From positions 224,001 to 288,000 of the forward strand of contig CBDATS010000005.1 in NCBI GenBank assembly GCA_965200245.1: 64,000 nt of DNA. The letters run 5' to 3'. Source of the stretch: a bacterium. Lineage in GTDB: Bacteria > UBA8248. The position numbers were made by a program, and so were the translations under genes. Below, one piece after another: positions 22,495-32,713 of the stretch (within the stretch, counting starts at the first letter, position 1; the number at the start of each line of letters is the position of its first letter). The notes under the pieces were generated by a model that saw only the letters and a list, made by a program, of their open reading frames with translations, ran no database searches and had not been told where the DNA came from.

Positions 22495-23993
22495 ACGAAA
22501 CCTTAGAAATGCGCGAGATGATTGAGGAGATGGGAGAAGAACTCACCCCAGGCCAGCGCGTCTGGCGGCACCTGCGGCGAAACCGCATGGCGATGGCGGG
22601 CGGGGTCGTGCTGGTCATATTCTTCACCCTGGCAGTCATCGGTTTTTTCAATTCCGTACTCATGAGTGAACCGATGTTCGACGCCAACGTCGTACGCCTG
22701 CCCGACAAGCTCAAGGCCCCCTTCTCCGTCCCGAATGTGGAGCAGGTTCCCAAAGCAAATCTACCGCGTTTCGGGATGTACCTGTTCGGCACCGATGACC
22801 TGGGCCGCGACGTGTTCGCCAGAATGCTGGAAGGCACCTTCATCTCGATGTCGGTGGGTTTCGTGGCCATCGGCATCGCTACGTTCCTGGGTATCGCCAT
22901 CGGCGGAATCGCGGGCTTTTACGGAGAATTCAGGCCGAGCGGCACGCCGCTGTTCGGCTTTGTCGGGGCGGGCCTCACGGGTTACGCCGTTTGGAACGAA
23001 CTGGGTTTCCTGGCCCTGTTCTTCTGCGCCGCAGGCGCATGCGCGGGACTATCGGTGCGCCGCGAAGGCCGTTCCCTGTTCCTGGAGGGCATGATATTCG
23101 GCGCGCTGTTGGGCCTAGCGCTCGGCTCGTTCGAACCGTTCGGGTTCAGCGGATTCACGTCCGATTTCGGCCTCAAGGTGCGTACACCCTATTGGCACGA
23201 GGGATTCCTGGGCACGATCTGTCTCGTAACGCTCGCGGCCTTCGGCGGGGCGCAGGGGCGAAACGCTGAGGAAAGTGTGGCGGACGGCGTCGCCTTGAGT
23301 GCGGTGACAGGTGGAGGACTCGTCTATTTCTCTCTCCTGCTGTTGGGCCTCTACCTCGTTTATCCGAGCCATTCGGCGCATCTTTGGACGAGCTTTGCAG
23401 GAGCGGTGGTCTGCGTGTTCCTCTACAAAAGATTTGATGCCACCGAGTATCTGCGCAGTTTCAGACTACCCAAGGTGGACGTCATCTACACCACGGTCGT
23501 GGATGTGCAACTTTCATTCCCCTCGTTTTTCGTGCTCCTGACCATCCTAGCGCTCGTGACACCCAACATCTGGATCATCATGGTGGTCATCGGTGTCCTG
23601 GGCTGGGTGGGACCCGCGCGTTTCGTGCGCGCAGAGGTTCTGTCGCTGAGGGAACAGCCCTTCGTGGAGTCTGCGCGCGCGTCGGGCGGCTCAGACGGAC
23701 TCATCATATTCCACTATCTCATTCCCAATTCGCTCGCACCCGTGCTGGTCTCCGCCACTATCGGTATCGCAGGCGCGATTCTTACAGAAGCGAGCCTGAG
23801 CTTTCTCGGCTTCGGTGTTCCACCACCCCAGGCGAGTTGGGGGAATATTTTCTCAGACGGGAAGAAATACATCTTCGACGCACCTTGGCTCACCTTCATA
23901 CCGGGTTTTGCGATACTTATCGTCATGCTTGCCTTCAACCTGTTCGGCGAAGGCCTGCGCGACGCCATGAACCCGAAGGCGAACTCCAGATAG
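22491..23993 (+). CDS. Peptide ABC transporter permease (DppC/OppC-like) with large internal insertion
   Basis: FGTDDLGRD, ARFVRAE, EASLSFLG, GEGLRDA; about 180 extra, largely hydrophobic residues. Confidence 0.9.
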   Translation: MNETLEMREMIEEMGEELTPGQRVWRHLRRNRMAMAGGVVLVIFFTLAVIGFFNSVLMSEPMFDANVVRLPDKLKAPFSVPNVEQVPKANLPRFGMYLFGTDDLGRDVFARMLEGTFISMSVGFVAIGIATFLGIAIGGIAGFYGEFRPSGTPLFGFVGAGLTGYAVWNELGFLALFFCAAGACAGLSVRREGRSLFLEGMIFGALLGLALGSFEPFGFSGFTSDFGLKVRTPYWHEGFLGTICLVTLAAFGGAQGRNAEESVADGVALSAVTGGGLVYFSLLLLGLYLVYPSHSAHLWTSFAGAVVCVFLYKRFDATEYLRSFRLPKVDVIYTTVVDVQLSFPSFFVLLTILALVTPNIWIIMVVIGVLGWVGPARFVRAEVLSLREQPFVESARASGGSDGLIIFHYLIPNSLAPVLVSATIGIAGAILTEASLSFLGFGVPPPQASWGNIFSDGKKYIFDAPWLTFIPGFAILIVMLAFNLFGEGLRDAMNPKANSR

Positions 23994-24014
23994 AGGATCG
24001 TGGATAGGGAAGCG

Positions 24015-24044
24015 TTGACAGCCGAGCGCGGGCAGCGCTATATA
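24015..24044 (+). promoter_or_regulatory. Putative sigma70 promoter for tRNA-Leu
   Basis: Perfect TTGACA, 18-nt spacer, then TATATA, about 45 nt upstream of the tRNA. Confidence 0.5.
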
Positions 24045-24087
24045 GCCTCATGATCCGGGCGTTGGCCAAAAATGCTCAGGACTTCAC

Positions 24088-24175
24088 GCCCAAGTGGTGG
24101 AATTTGGTAGACACGCTAGCTTGAGGGGCTAGTGGGGGCAACCCCGTGTCGGTTCGAGTCCGGCCTTGGGCACCA
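24088..24175 (+). tRNA. tRNA-Leu(GAG)
   Basis: Acceptor stem GCCCAAG/CTTGGGC, anticodon arm CTAGC-TTGAGGG-GCTAG, long variable arm, GTTCGAG T-loop, encoded CCA. Confidence 0.96.
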
Positions 24176-24291
24176 TTATACTTTCTTCCTTGCCATATGT
24201 ACAAAACTCCTATTGTGATGGATGTGGAAGATTAGGGAACTTCAAACTTCCATCAATCCAATAGCTACCAGCCACCGCAGGCCATATGGAG

Positions 24292-25644
24292 TCAGTTGCG
24301 CGTCGCGCCGAACGCGGCGGTAAGGTCGGCGCGCTCGAGGCTGCCGGCAACACCCTCGTGACCGGACCCGTAGAAATGCCCGCTCAGGGTGCCGTCGTCG
24401 CCTCCGGTACTGCGCAGGTAGTTTCCACCGACTGTAATCGTATAACCGAGACTTCCCGTGTTCCACCGGGAGCCGGTTCCGAGCGCGCCGGGCACCGTGT
24501 CTGCGGCCCACGTTTGCAGTTCGGTAAAGTCCGCACGTCCGTTCATTGTCAGGAGGTTGACACTGATCGAGGCATTGCCTCCTGCCACCCGCAGGTCGGG
24601 CGTGAAGCCAAGCAGGCCACCGTTCCATGTCACGGTCCCCGAAAGACTGCCGTTGTCCTGGAGCGCACCCTGAGGCTCGTCGCCCGATGTCCAGGGCATG
24701 CTCACGCCGTTGCTGTGGCGCACGCCGAACGAGAAGTTGCCGAGTTCGCCGCTGAGGTGGATGGTCTCCCGGGACCAGTCTCCCAGATCCAGAACCGACA
24801 GGTCCTCGGGTTGCGTCCCTTCGCCCAGTCTCGTGTAGAGCGCAAGGAGCGCTGCCGCGTCAACAGCCGGCAGCGAGCCATCCAGGCGGAACCACGAGTT
24901 GTACATGTTGGAGTCCTCGAAGGCCGGTGCCTCGACATGCCCGTGCAACCCGAGCGCGTGCACCAATTCGTGCACGAGCACAGAGACCGCTTGATGATCG
25001 GGGCGGAAGTCAAAAGTACCTCTGGCCATCTCGACGGACGAGGCTCGCGCCCCCTTCTTCTCCCATCGGCCCTGTCTCTCGTCGTACTCCTGGTACAAGG
25101 AAAGAGGTGCCCACGCTATCCCCCCGGTAGGTGCTGTCCTGGTAGGTAATGATTCGACGAATTCGACGAAAATCTGGCCGTCCGGGACGTTCGGAAGAGA
25201 CTCTTCCCACTCACCTGCGGCGCCGGCGGGCGCATCGGCCCCGAAAGTCAGATGATGCTCGTAGGGGAGTGCACGGTTGACGAGCGCGACCGCGTACATG
25301 ATGATCGCCCGCTCACGCCGAGTCGCACTTTCTGCTATTCGGACAGTGGGTGCCGACGGGAACCGCACGAGCCCCGGATCATGTGGACCGTAATAGGAGT
25401 TTGGCCCGTCTTTCCACGGACCTCCGCTCGCGTGTACGCCCATGTATTCGACGATTCGACTCGCTTGCTCGCCATCGTGGGACAGTCGCTACGAAGTCGT
25501 AACTGAGTCAAACGGCTCTTCCGGGACCACCGGATCCGGCATGACCATTGGGGGCGATGAAGCAGAGTTACTTCCCCCGCCCCCTCCACCACATCCAGGC
25601 AACGCCAATACCACGACAAGACACATTACAGCCCATGTTTTCAT
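24292..25644 (-). pseudogene. Surface lipoprotein with HExxH zinc motif and TbpB-like C-terminal barrel, interrupted by in-frame TAG
   Basis: ATG 25644 MKTWAVMCLVVVLALPG-CGGGGGGS is in frame with ORF 24292-25443. Single TAG at 25489-25491 (codon 52). Confidence 0.75.
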
Positions 25645-25875
25645 TTCACCTTCCCCTCATATGATGACAAAAATCCGAACTTCCCGATGAGGCTGGGCCG
25701 TGTTTACTTATTGGGGAGTGTGGAAACGGGTAAAAATAGAACCGATCAGTGGTTTGCGGAACTTGATACATAAATCCCCAAATTTGCAAAACCCCTCATC
25801 CAGAAGAATAAAACCGTCACGCCCAGGTGATGGTGCCCACGCTGGCGATTCGAGTCTTGTGTTCTTCCCAATCAT

Positions 25876-26484
25876 TCAGGGTCGAGCAACCTTGATACGC
25901 CACTGCCTGAACTTCGCCTCGGTGGACGCGCACGGCGCCAGTACGAGACTGCGCGACATGTACGGCCCTGCCGACCTGGCAGAGGCACCGACAACGAGAC
26001 AAAGCGTGCGGTCCGCGCCAGGGCGGAATTCCATCGCCCTCGTGTCGTAGTCGAAAACCTGGCCGGGGACATCCTTCGCGCAATCCACCAACCCCAGCGA
26101 TACCCCGGCGGCAGCCAGCGCCAGTAGCGTGGCGCACTTTCCGGAAAAGGTGGCCGAAGCAATCCGCCGCGACGCCTTCTCGTAGCGGAATTGCACGTCA
26201 CCGCCACGTGGCTTGCACGAGTGCGCATGCAACCGCTCGCCGAACCCGCGTCCGACGGTGTCGATGCACCAGCCCAGTCTGTCCTGCTCGTCCAGATTAT
26301 CCGTCAGGTAGATAACCGGCGCCGGAGTCCGGAGGTCGGGCGGCTCCGCATACACCGCCGAACCAGGGCCGAGCAACAGGAGAGCAGCCAGATGTGCAAG
26401 CACCTTGACGGCCGAACCGGCACCAAGGCGGCCATGGAGTCCTGAACGCTGCCGTCGGTCGCCCATCGCTGGGATAGTTTTCAT
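25876..26484 (-). CDS. Secreted protein with ricin-B (beta-trefoil) lectin-like domain
   Basis: Signal-like segment; WCID...HSC...QF, CATL...DC...QVF, CLVV...PC...QW repeats. Confidence 0.65.
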   Translation of the reverse strand: MKTIPAMGDRRQRSGLHGRLGAGSAVKVLAHLAALLLLGPGSAVYAEPPDLRTPAPVIYLTDNLDEQDRLGWCIDTVGRGFGERLHAHSCKPRGGDVQFRYEKASRRIASATFSGKCATLLALAAAGVSLGLVDCAKDVPGQVFDYDTRAMEFRPGADRTLCLVVGASARSAGPYMSRSLVLAPCASTEAKFRQWRIKVARP

Positions 26485-26625
26485 TTCCGGATACCTCCAT
26501 TCTCACCATTGTCTTTGTGTCATGACACGTCAACGAATCAGGCGGCAACTTGCTATCAATCAATTATTCTCCAAAGCAGCCATGCCATTCGGAAGTATCG
26601 AGACGGGCCTGCCCCGTTCGCTCCC

Positions 26626-27153
26626 TCACTCTGTCTTGGGCTGCGGGGCATGATACCTGCGGTACTCCTCCCCGAAGCAGAGCGTGGAGAAATCACGCAT
26701 CCGGTCGAAGAAGATAAGTCCATCGAGATGGTCATACTCATGCTGGCACACGCGCGCGGCGAAGCCTTCGAGTTCCTCGGCATAGGCGCGTCCTTGCGCG
26801 TCCACGGCTTCCAGGCGCACACGGTCGTTTCGCGGCACTCGGCCATGAATGTCGGGAATGCTGAGACAACCTTCCCAATCCTCCCACCCGTCAACTCCCA
26901 GGGGCGTGATCTTCGGGTTCACAACCACCCGCAGTGTCGCCTCATCATCCGGATCCGTCTGCATGACGAACGCCCTGAGCCCGTAGTGCACTTGCGGCGA
27001 CGCCAGACCTACGCCCGCATATTCGTGCATCGTCTCAATCAAGTCATCGATAAAGGCTGCGAGTTCGGGGCTTCCAAGTTCTTCCGGTACGATTTCGCGC
27101 GACTTTTCGCGCAGGACGGGATGGCCCATGTGGGCGACCTTCAGTATGGGCAT
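26626..27153 (-). CDS. def: Peptide deformylase
   Basis: GVGLASPQ, EGCLS, QHEYDHLDG. Confidence 0.96.
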   Translation of the reverse strand: MPILKVAHMGHPVLREKSREIVPEELGSPELAAFIDDLIETMHEYAGVGLASPQVHYGLRAFVMQTDPDDEATLRVVVNPKITPLGVDGWEDWEGCLSIPDIHGRVPRNDRVRLEAVDAQGRAYAEELEGFAARVCQHEYDHLDGLIFFDRMRDFSTLCFGEEYRRYHAPQPKTE

Positions 27154-27162
27154 CTCCCACTC

Positions 27163-27879
27163 CTATCCGTTTCGGGAAGAGACAGGTGACAAGGCAGCGA
27201 ACCAGGCAGCCAGTCTGCCGGGATCGACGGTCTCCTCCAGCGAGTCCACCACATGGTCGGCTTCGGTGAGCTTGTCGGCAGGGTAGCTCGTCGTCACCGC
27301 GAGCGTGCGCATGCCTGCGGCGTTGCCCGAGCGTACACCAGCGACGGAATCCTCCACCACGAGGCACGAAGACGTCGGAATCGGTTCGTCGAGACTTTCA
27401 TTGATACGCACAAGAGCCGTCAGGAAACTTTCCGGATCCGGTTTTCCGCAGCTTACCATCTCCGCCGTCACGATGACCGGGAAACAATCGATGAGACCTG
27501 CCCGCTCAAGCACGGGTCGCACTTCGTGCCCCAAGGCCCCGCTCGCAATCGCCAGGGGCCAGTGTACAGCCGCCGTGCGAATCATCTCCGCGGCGCCGGG
27601 CAGAATCTGTGGTGCTGACGCGATTTCCTGATAGCACGCTTCTTTCATCTCGAGAAGCTGCTCGAAACGATCCGGCTCGACAACCACGCCGCGATCATTC
27701 AGCACGTGACTGAACAGCAACCTGTCGTCGAACGCGAGGTAGCGCTCGGCGTATTCTTCTTCCGTCAGATCGATGTCCAGTTCTACAGAGAGCACCGCCT
27801 GGAACGCCGCCAGGTGGAGCGGTTCGCTGTCCGCGATGGTGCCGTCGAAATCGAAAATTATCGCCCTGAGTTCTGCCAT
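27163..27879 (-). CDS. HAD family phosphatase
   Basis: FDFDGT, KPDPE, VEDS. Confidence 0.9.
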   Translation of the reverse strand: MAELRAIIFDFDGTIADSEPLHLAAFQAVLSVELDIDLTEEEYAERYLAFDDRLLFSHVLNDRGVVVEPDRFEQLLEMKEACYQEIASAPQILPGAAEMIRTAAVHWPLAIASGALGHEVRPVLERAGLIDCFPVIVTAEMVSCGKPDPESFLTALVRINESLDEPIPTSSCLVVEDSVAGVRSGNAAGMRTLAVTTSYPADKLTEADHVVDSLEETVDPGRLAAWFAALSPVSSRNG

Positions 27880-27894
27880 CGTTTCATCGCGGCC

Positions 27895-28659
27895 TTACAG
27901 CCACCCTCCCCCGTCTTCAAATATACTCTCGCCCGTGATGTAGGCCGACGCGTCGGACGCGAGAAATACCGCAAGACCCACGATATCCGCAGGCTCGCCG
28001 ATGCGGCCAAGTATCGTTCTCTCGTTCAAACCCTCCTCCACTTTCGGGTCCGCCAGCGCGGGCGCCAGCATCGGCGTTCTGTGCACGCCCGGACAGATGC
28101 AGTTTACGCGAACACCCCGTCCACCCCACTCGGCGGCGAGCGATTTCGTCATACCCACCACGCCGTATTTGCTCGCGTTATACGCCGCGCGCGCCGGCCT
28201 GTGCGCCCGCTCGCCCAGAAACGTGCCGATGTTCACGATGCTGCCAGAACCGCGCGCGAGCATTCCGCGACCTGCGGCCTGCGCGCACAGAAAGGCGCCC
28301 GTGAGGTTCACGTCGACCACGAAGCGAAAATCATCGGGCGAAACGTCCGTACTCGGGTCTGTGTTTATCACGCCCGCTCCGTTTACGAGAACGTCCACGC
28401 TTCCGAATGTCTCTTCTGTCCGCCCCACAGCGCGGGTCACCTCGTCCACTTTCGTCACGTCCGCCGCGATGGCGAGCGCGCGGTGCCCCAGAGACTAGAT
28501 ATGACGAGCAGTATCTTCCACCAGGTGAACTCGCCTGCCGAGAACAGCTACATCCGCACCGGCCTCGCCCAAACCCAGCGCCATCGCCTCACCCAGGCCA
28601 GTGCCGGCGCCCGTCACCAAAGCCACCTTGCCGTCGAGCCGAAACTTGTCGAGTATCAA
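27895..28659 (-). pseudogene. SDR oxidoreductase interrupted by in-frame TAG
   Basis: TTG 28659 MILDKFRLDGKVALVTGAGTGLG is in frame with ORF 27895-28458 (YNASK). TAG at 28495-28497. Confidence 0.85.
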
Positions 28660-28895
28660 ACCCTTGCTCCCTGAATTTCATGAAAGATACAGAGGCGATC
28701 CACACTGCTCGCCTGAAAGCGCCCCAAGCTATGGGATGGCGCATGGGAGTGTCAATGCGGAGGCGCGCTTTTGGTCCAGGACAGGCAGCGTGGCGACATG
28801 CCTTCATTGTCCGTAACGTACGGGAGGGATAGAATCCGCCCGATACGCCCGTTCCATCGCCTCACTTCTTTCACTACCCGGGGTAGGTCGTCCGA

Positions 28896-29579
28896 ATGCC
28901 CAATGCTACAAGCCAAACCCCAAAAGATGTGAAGAATGAAACCTGTCCCCTCTGTGGGGCGGGCGAGGCGGGACTTTACCTCCACGCCGATGCGCGTGAC
29001 TATGCGCATTGCCCGACCTGCCGGCTCATCTTCGTTCTGCCCGGGTTCTGGCCCTCGCCCGAGACGGAAAAAGCGAGGTACGAACAGCACAGGAATTCCG
29101 CCTCCGATACAGGCTACATCGCCTTTCTCCACCAGTTGCGTGATCCCCTGGTGAAATTGCTGCACGGGAGTGCGCGCGGGCTTGACTTCGGCGCGGGGCC
29201 TGCGCCTGACGGACGCCCAGTGTTGTGCGAGTTGTTCGGGACGAAGGGGTTTGAGTGCCTGCCTTTCGATCCTTATTTCTTCCCGGAGATGCCCGAAGGC
29301 CCTTTTGATTTCATCGTCGCGAGCGAAACCTTCGAGCATTTAAGGCAACCGGGGAAGGAGATCGAAAATATCTGTGAAAACCTGAAGCCAGGCGGATTGC
29401 TCGGCGTCATGACGGCATTCTGGGAAGAGGCATTGTTCATGAACAACTGGCACTACAGGCGCGATTTCACACATCTATGTTTCTACAGGCTGGAAACTTT
29501 CGTGTGGATCGAAGAGCATTTCGGTCTCAAGCGCCGCTGGACGGATGAACGTCGCGTCATCATCTTCGAAAAATCCTGA
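28896..29579 (+). CDS. Class I SAM-dependent methyltransferase with N-terminal CxxC pair
   Basis: CPLC...CPTC, GLDFGAGP, FDPYF, WHYRRDFTH. Confidence 0.85.
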   Translation: MPNATSQTPKDVKNETCPLCGAGEAGLYLHADARDYAHCPTCRLIFVLPGFWPSPETEKARYEQHRNSASDTGYIAFLHQLRDPLVKLLHGSARGLDFGAGPAPDGRPVLCELFGTKGFECLPFDPYFFPEMPEGPFDFIVASETFEHLRQPGKEIENICENLKPGGLLGVMTAFWEEALFMNNWHYRRDFTHLCFYRLETFVWIEEHFGLKRRWTDERRVIIFEKS

Positions 29580-29769
29580 TACGGCTGGGTCCTCATTGCT
29601 ATCTCAATAATCTGGCAAAGGACACATCCGCTCTCTCTCCGACAGAAATTTCATCCGTTTCATTCACATCCAGATTTTTCATATTGCTTGTTCGCACCCA
29701 AGCGGTGTGGCATTCTTGGCGCCTGAAGGAAACGCTTGATTCATGTGGGGAAACAGTCTCTTGCGAACC

Positions 29770-31494
29770 ATGAAAACGGACATCCTCATCCTGGGCTCGG
29801 GTGGAGCAGGCCTGCTCGCAGCACTCGCCGCGCACACGCAAAACCCCGCACTCGACATCATCGTCGCGGTCAAGGGATTATTTGGGAAAAGCGGCTGTAC
29901 ACGTATGGTGCAGGGCGGCTATAACGTCGCGCTGGCAGAAACCGACTCAGTGGAGAACCACTTTCTCGACACCTTGCAGGGCGGGGCGTGGATTAACGAT
30001 CAGGAACTCGCCTGGACGCTCGTGAGCCATGCACCGGGCTGCGTGGAACGGCTCGAAACCGTGTGCGGGTGCTTTTTCGATCGCAACGAAGACGGTACGA
30101 TCCACCAAAAAGCCTTTGCGGGCCAGAGTTTCGACAGAACGGTGCACAAAGGAGACCTGACCGGCATCGAGATCACCAACCGCGTGGCCGAGCAACTCGT
30201 CAGACGCGAGGTGGACGTTCTGGAAGAAACGCGTGCGGTGGCGCTCCTGCCCGCCAGGCACGAGCCGGAGAGAATCGCTGGCGCCTTGTTACTCGATATC
30301 CGAAGCGGCGAGTTCATCGCCGTGAACGCCAAGTGCACACTCCTCGCCACCGGCGGCGGCCCGACGCTGTATAAGATATCCGCCTGCGCGCAGGAACTCG
30401 CCACCGACGGCATGGCTCTCGCCTGGGAGGCGGGTGCATCGTTCTGCGACATGGAGATGGTACAGTTCCACCCCACGGGCATCCTGACGGGAGACGGGCT
30501 CCAGATAACCGGCACACTGCTCGAAGAGGGCCTGCGCGGTGCAGGTGGACATCTCAAGAATGCGGCCGGCGAGCGCTATATGGAACGCTACGACCCCGAG
30601 CGCATGGAACGCGCCACGCGCGATGTAGTGTCCCGCGCGGGTTTCACCGAGATCATCGAGGGCCGGGGCACCGAGCGCGGCGGTGTGTTCATCGACGTAA
30701 GTCATCTGGGAAAATCCTTCGTGCGCAAGAACTTCAAGGGCATGGTCGAGCGTTGCGCCGATCTGGGTTATGACCTCATCGGCGGCCCCGTGGAAGTGAC
30801 CCCCACCGCGCACTACATGATGGGCGGCGTAAAAATTGACACCACGTGCCAAACGAATCTCCCGGGTCTATATGCCGCGGGAGAGGATGCGGGCGGCACG
30901 CACGGCGCGAACCGTCTGGGCGGAAACGGGGTCGCGAACGCCACGGTGTTCGGCGAAATCGCAGGCGAAGCGATGGCCGAAGAAGCTGCAGACTCCCCTC
31001 TCTTGCCATATGACGTGGAGACGCTTGCAAGGGCAGAGGAGAAAACACTCGACTCCCTCGGCGATGGCGAATCCCCCTATCCCATCCGCGCGGAACTGAA
31101 AAACACCATGTGGGACAAGGTGGGCCTGAGAAGAAACGGTGCGGACATCCAGAACGGGATCCGGAAACTTCTGGACCTCAAAGGGCGTGCGGCGGAGACC
31201 CGCGCGGAAGGCAAGCGTGCCTACAACCTCGCCTGGCAGCACACGCTCGACGTGAGAAACCAGATTTGCGTCGCGGAACTGATTGCCTATTCGGCGCTCG
31301 AGCGCGACGAGAGCAGAGGCAGCCACTACCGCGATGATTGCTCCCATACGGCGGACGAGGACCTCTACAACGTCTATATCAAGAAAGAGGATGATGCGGC
31401 GGTCATCGAACGGAAGCCTGTCGTGTTCAGTCGCCTGCATCCCAAGGCAGAAACCGCCGCACAGACGGCACCGGAACCCAACTTCATCGATTGA
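29770..31494 (+). CDS. Succinate dehydrogenase/fumarate reductase-like flavoprotein
   Basis: GSGGAG, QFHPT, EGLRG, RDVVSR, HYMMGG, HGANRLGGN, ESRGSH. Confidence 0.88.
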   Translation: MKTDILILGSGGAGLLAALAAHTQNPALDIIVAVKGLFGKSGCTRMVQGGYNVALAETDSVENHFLDTLQGGAWINDQELAWTLVSHAPGCVERLETVCGCFFDRNEDGTIHQKAFAGQSFDRTVHKGDLTGIEITNRVAEQLVRREVDVLEETRAVALLPARHEPERIAGALLLDIRSGEFIAVNAKCTLLATGGGPTLYKISACAQELATDGMALAWEAGASFCDMEMVQFHPTGILTGDGLQITGTLLEEGLRGAGGHLKNAAGERYMERYDPERMERATRDVVSRAGFTEIIEGRGTERGGVFIDVSHLGKSFVRKNFKGMVERCADLGYDLIGGPVEVTPTAHYMMGGVKIDTTCQTNLPGLYAAGEDAGGTHGANRLGGNGVANATVFGEIAGEAMAEEAADSPLLPYDVETLARAEEKTLDSLGDGESPYPIRAELKNTMWDKVGLRRNGADIQNGIRKLLDLKGRAAETRAEGKRAYNLAWQHTLDVRNQICVAELIAYSALERDESRGSHYRDDCSHTADEDLYNVYIKKEDDAAVIERKPVVFSRLHPKAETAAQTAPEPNFID

Positions 31495-31519
31495 CGACAA
31501 AACGGAGCCGAAACAACCG

Positions 31520-31867
31520 ATGACGACAGCAAAAGACCCCACCAAGAAACCTCCTGTCTGGAAGATCAGTGCATGGCGCTCGATGTATCCGGGCATGTGG
31601 TCCTGGGTGTTGCAGAGGCTCTCGGCGCTCGCGCTCATCGTCCTGTTTCCGCTCCACGTGATGAACCCCTACGTCGATGAAGTACGAATCGCCATGCTTC
31701 TCCTCGTCGTCTGGCACGCCATGCACGGCATCAAGGTGATCCTGACCGATTTCGGTTTTCCCGATCGCCACCAGCGGAAACTCTTCTGGGTGTTGTGCGT
31801 GGTGGGCGTGGCCGCGTTTTTCTGGCTGGGCTATGTGCACAGGGAATACTGGAGATTCGCCTCGTGA
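31520..31867 (+). CDS. Succinate dehydrogenase-type membrane anchor
   Basis: WVLQRLS, HAMHGIKVILTD, three TM helices. Confidence 0.75.
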   Translation: MTTAKDPTKKPPVWKISAWRSMYPGMWSWVLQRLSALALIVLFPLHVMNPYVDEVRIAMLLLVVWHAMHGIKVILTDFGFPDRHQRKLFWVLCVVGVAAFFWLGYVHREYWRFAS

Positions 31868-32694
31868 ACAAAGATGCGCAAGTGGGTGAAGAAGCACAGG
31901 ACAAGGCGGCACAGGAAGAGCCGTCTCCAAAGACGCAGGAACGCCCGAGTGTACGCGTCAGAATCCGCCGGGGCACCGCCGCGGATGATCCAGATGAGTG
32001 CTTCGACGTATTCGAGGTCGAAACCGGACCGCGCATGACAGTGCTCGACGCCTTGGTCGCCGTCCAGAGTTCGCAGGACGCCACGCTGTCTTTCCGTTAC
32101 TCCTGCCGTGTGGGCATGTGCGGAACCTGCGCACTGGAAATAAACGGTCGCCCTGCCTGGGCATGCAGGACACGGCTTGAGGGACTCGGTGATGAAATAA
32201 CGCTTGAGCCGCTCACCAATTTCCCGGTGATTCGCGATCTGGCAGTCGACATGTCACTGTTTTTCGAAAAGATGAAACGAGCGCGTGGATGGCTCGAACC
32301 GAACAAGGCGGCGCAGAACGCGCCAGCGCTCATCCCGCCCAACTCGCGCGAACGCAAGCGCATCGAGTCACACATCGAATGCATCACGTGCGGCATCTGC
32401 TATGCTTCTTGTTCCATTGCAGGGCATGATAGCGATTACTTGGGGCCTGCAGCGCTCAACCGCGCCTACACGCTCGTGAATGACAGCCGAGACGACTTAA
32501 GGCCAGAGAGACTTCTGGAAGTTTGTACCGAGGACGGCGCATGGCGCTGCCACTCGCAATATAACTGCACCGAGAGTTGCCCAAAGGGCATCAGTCCTAC
32601 AGGTGCCATCAAGGGACTCAAGCGCCGCGCCGTGACGGGTGGCGTCAGACAATTCGCCGCATCCATCTTCCGGGGCCGTGCGCCCGGCGCATGA
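31864..32694 (+). CDS. Succinate dehydrogenase/fumarate reductase iron-sulfur subunit
   Basis: CRVGMCGTC, CITCGICYASC, CHSQYNCTESCP. Confidence 0.9.
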   Translation: MNKDAQVGEEAQDKAAQEEPSPKTQERPSVRVRIRRGTAADDPDECFDVFEVETGPRMTVLDALVAVQSSQDATLSFRYSCRVGMCGTCALEINGRPAWACRTRLEGLGDEITLEPLTNFPVIRDLAVDMSLFFEKMKRARGWLEPNKAAQNAPALIPPNSRERKRIESHIECITCGICYASCSIAGHDSDYLGPAALNRAYTLVNDSRDDLRPERLLEVCTEDGAWRCHSQYNCTESCPKGISPTGAIKGLKRRAVTGGVRQFAASIFRGRAPGA

Positions 32695-32713
32695 GAACGT
32701 GGAGGACATCCAA

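Noticed and set aside
24210-24264. Imperfect inverted repeat downstream of tRNA-Leu
   Set aside because: Too many mismatches to call a MITE or terminator, and no second copy was seen.
25489-28497. Amber recoding (pyrrolysine or alternative code) to explain two in-frame TAGs
   Set aside because: TAG is a very common genuine terminator in this window (for example at 3978, 5802, 8942, 23993, 35422, 61554), no pyl genes are present, and neither TAG is at a catalytic position.
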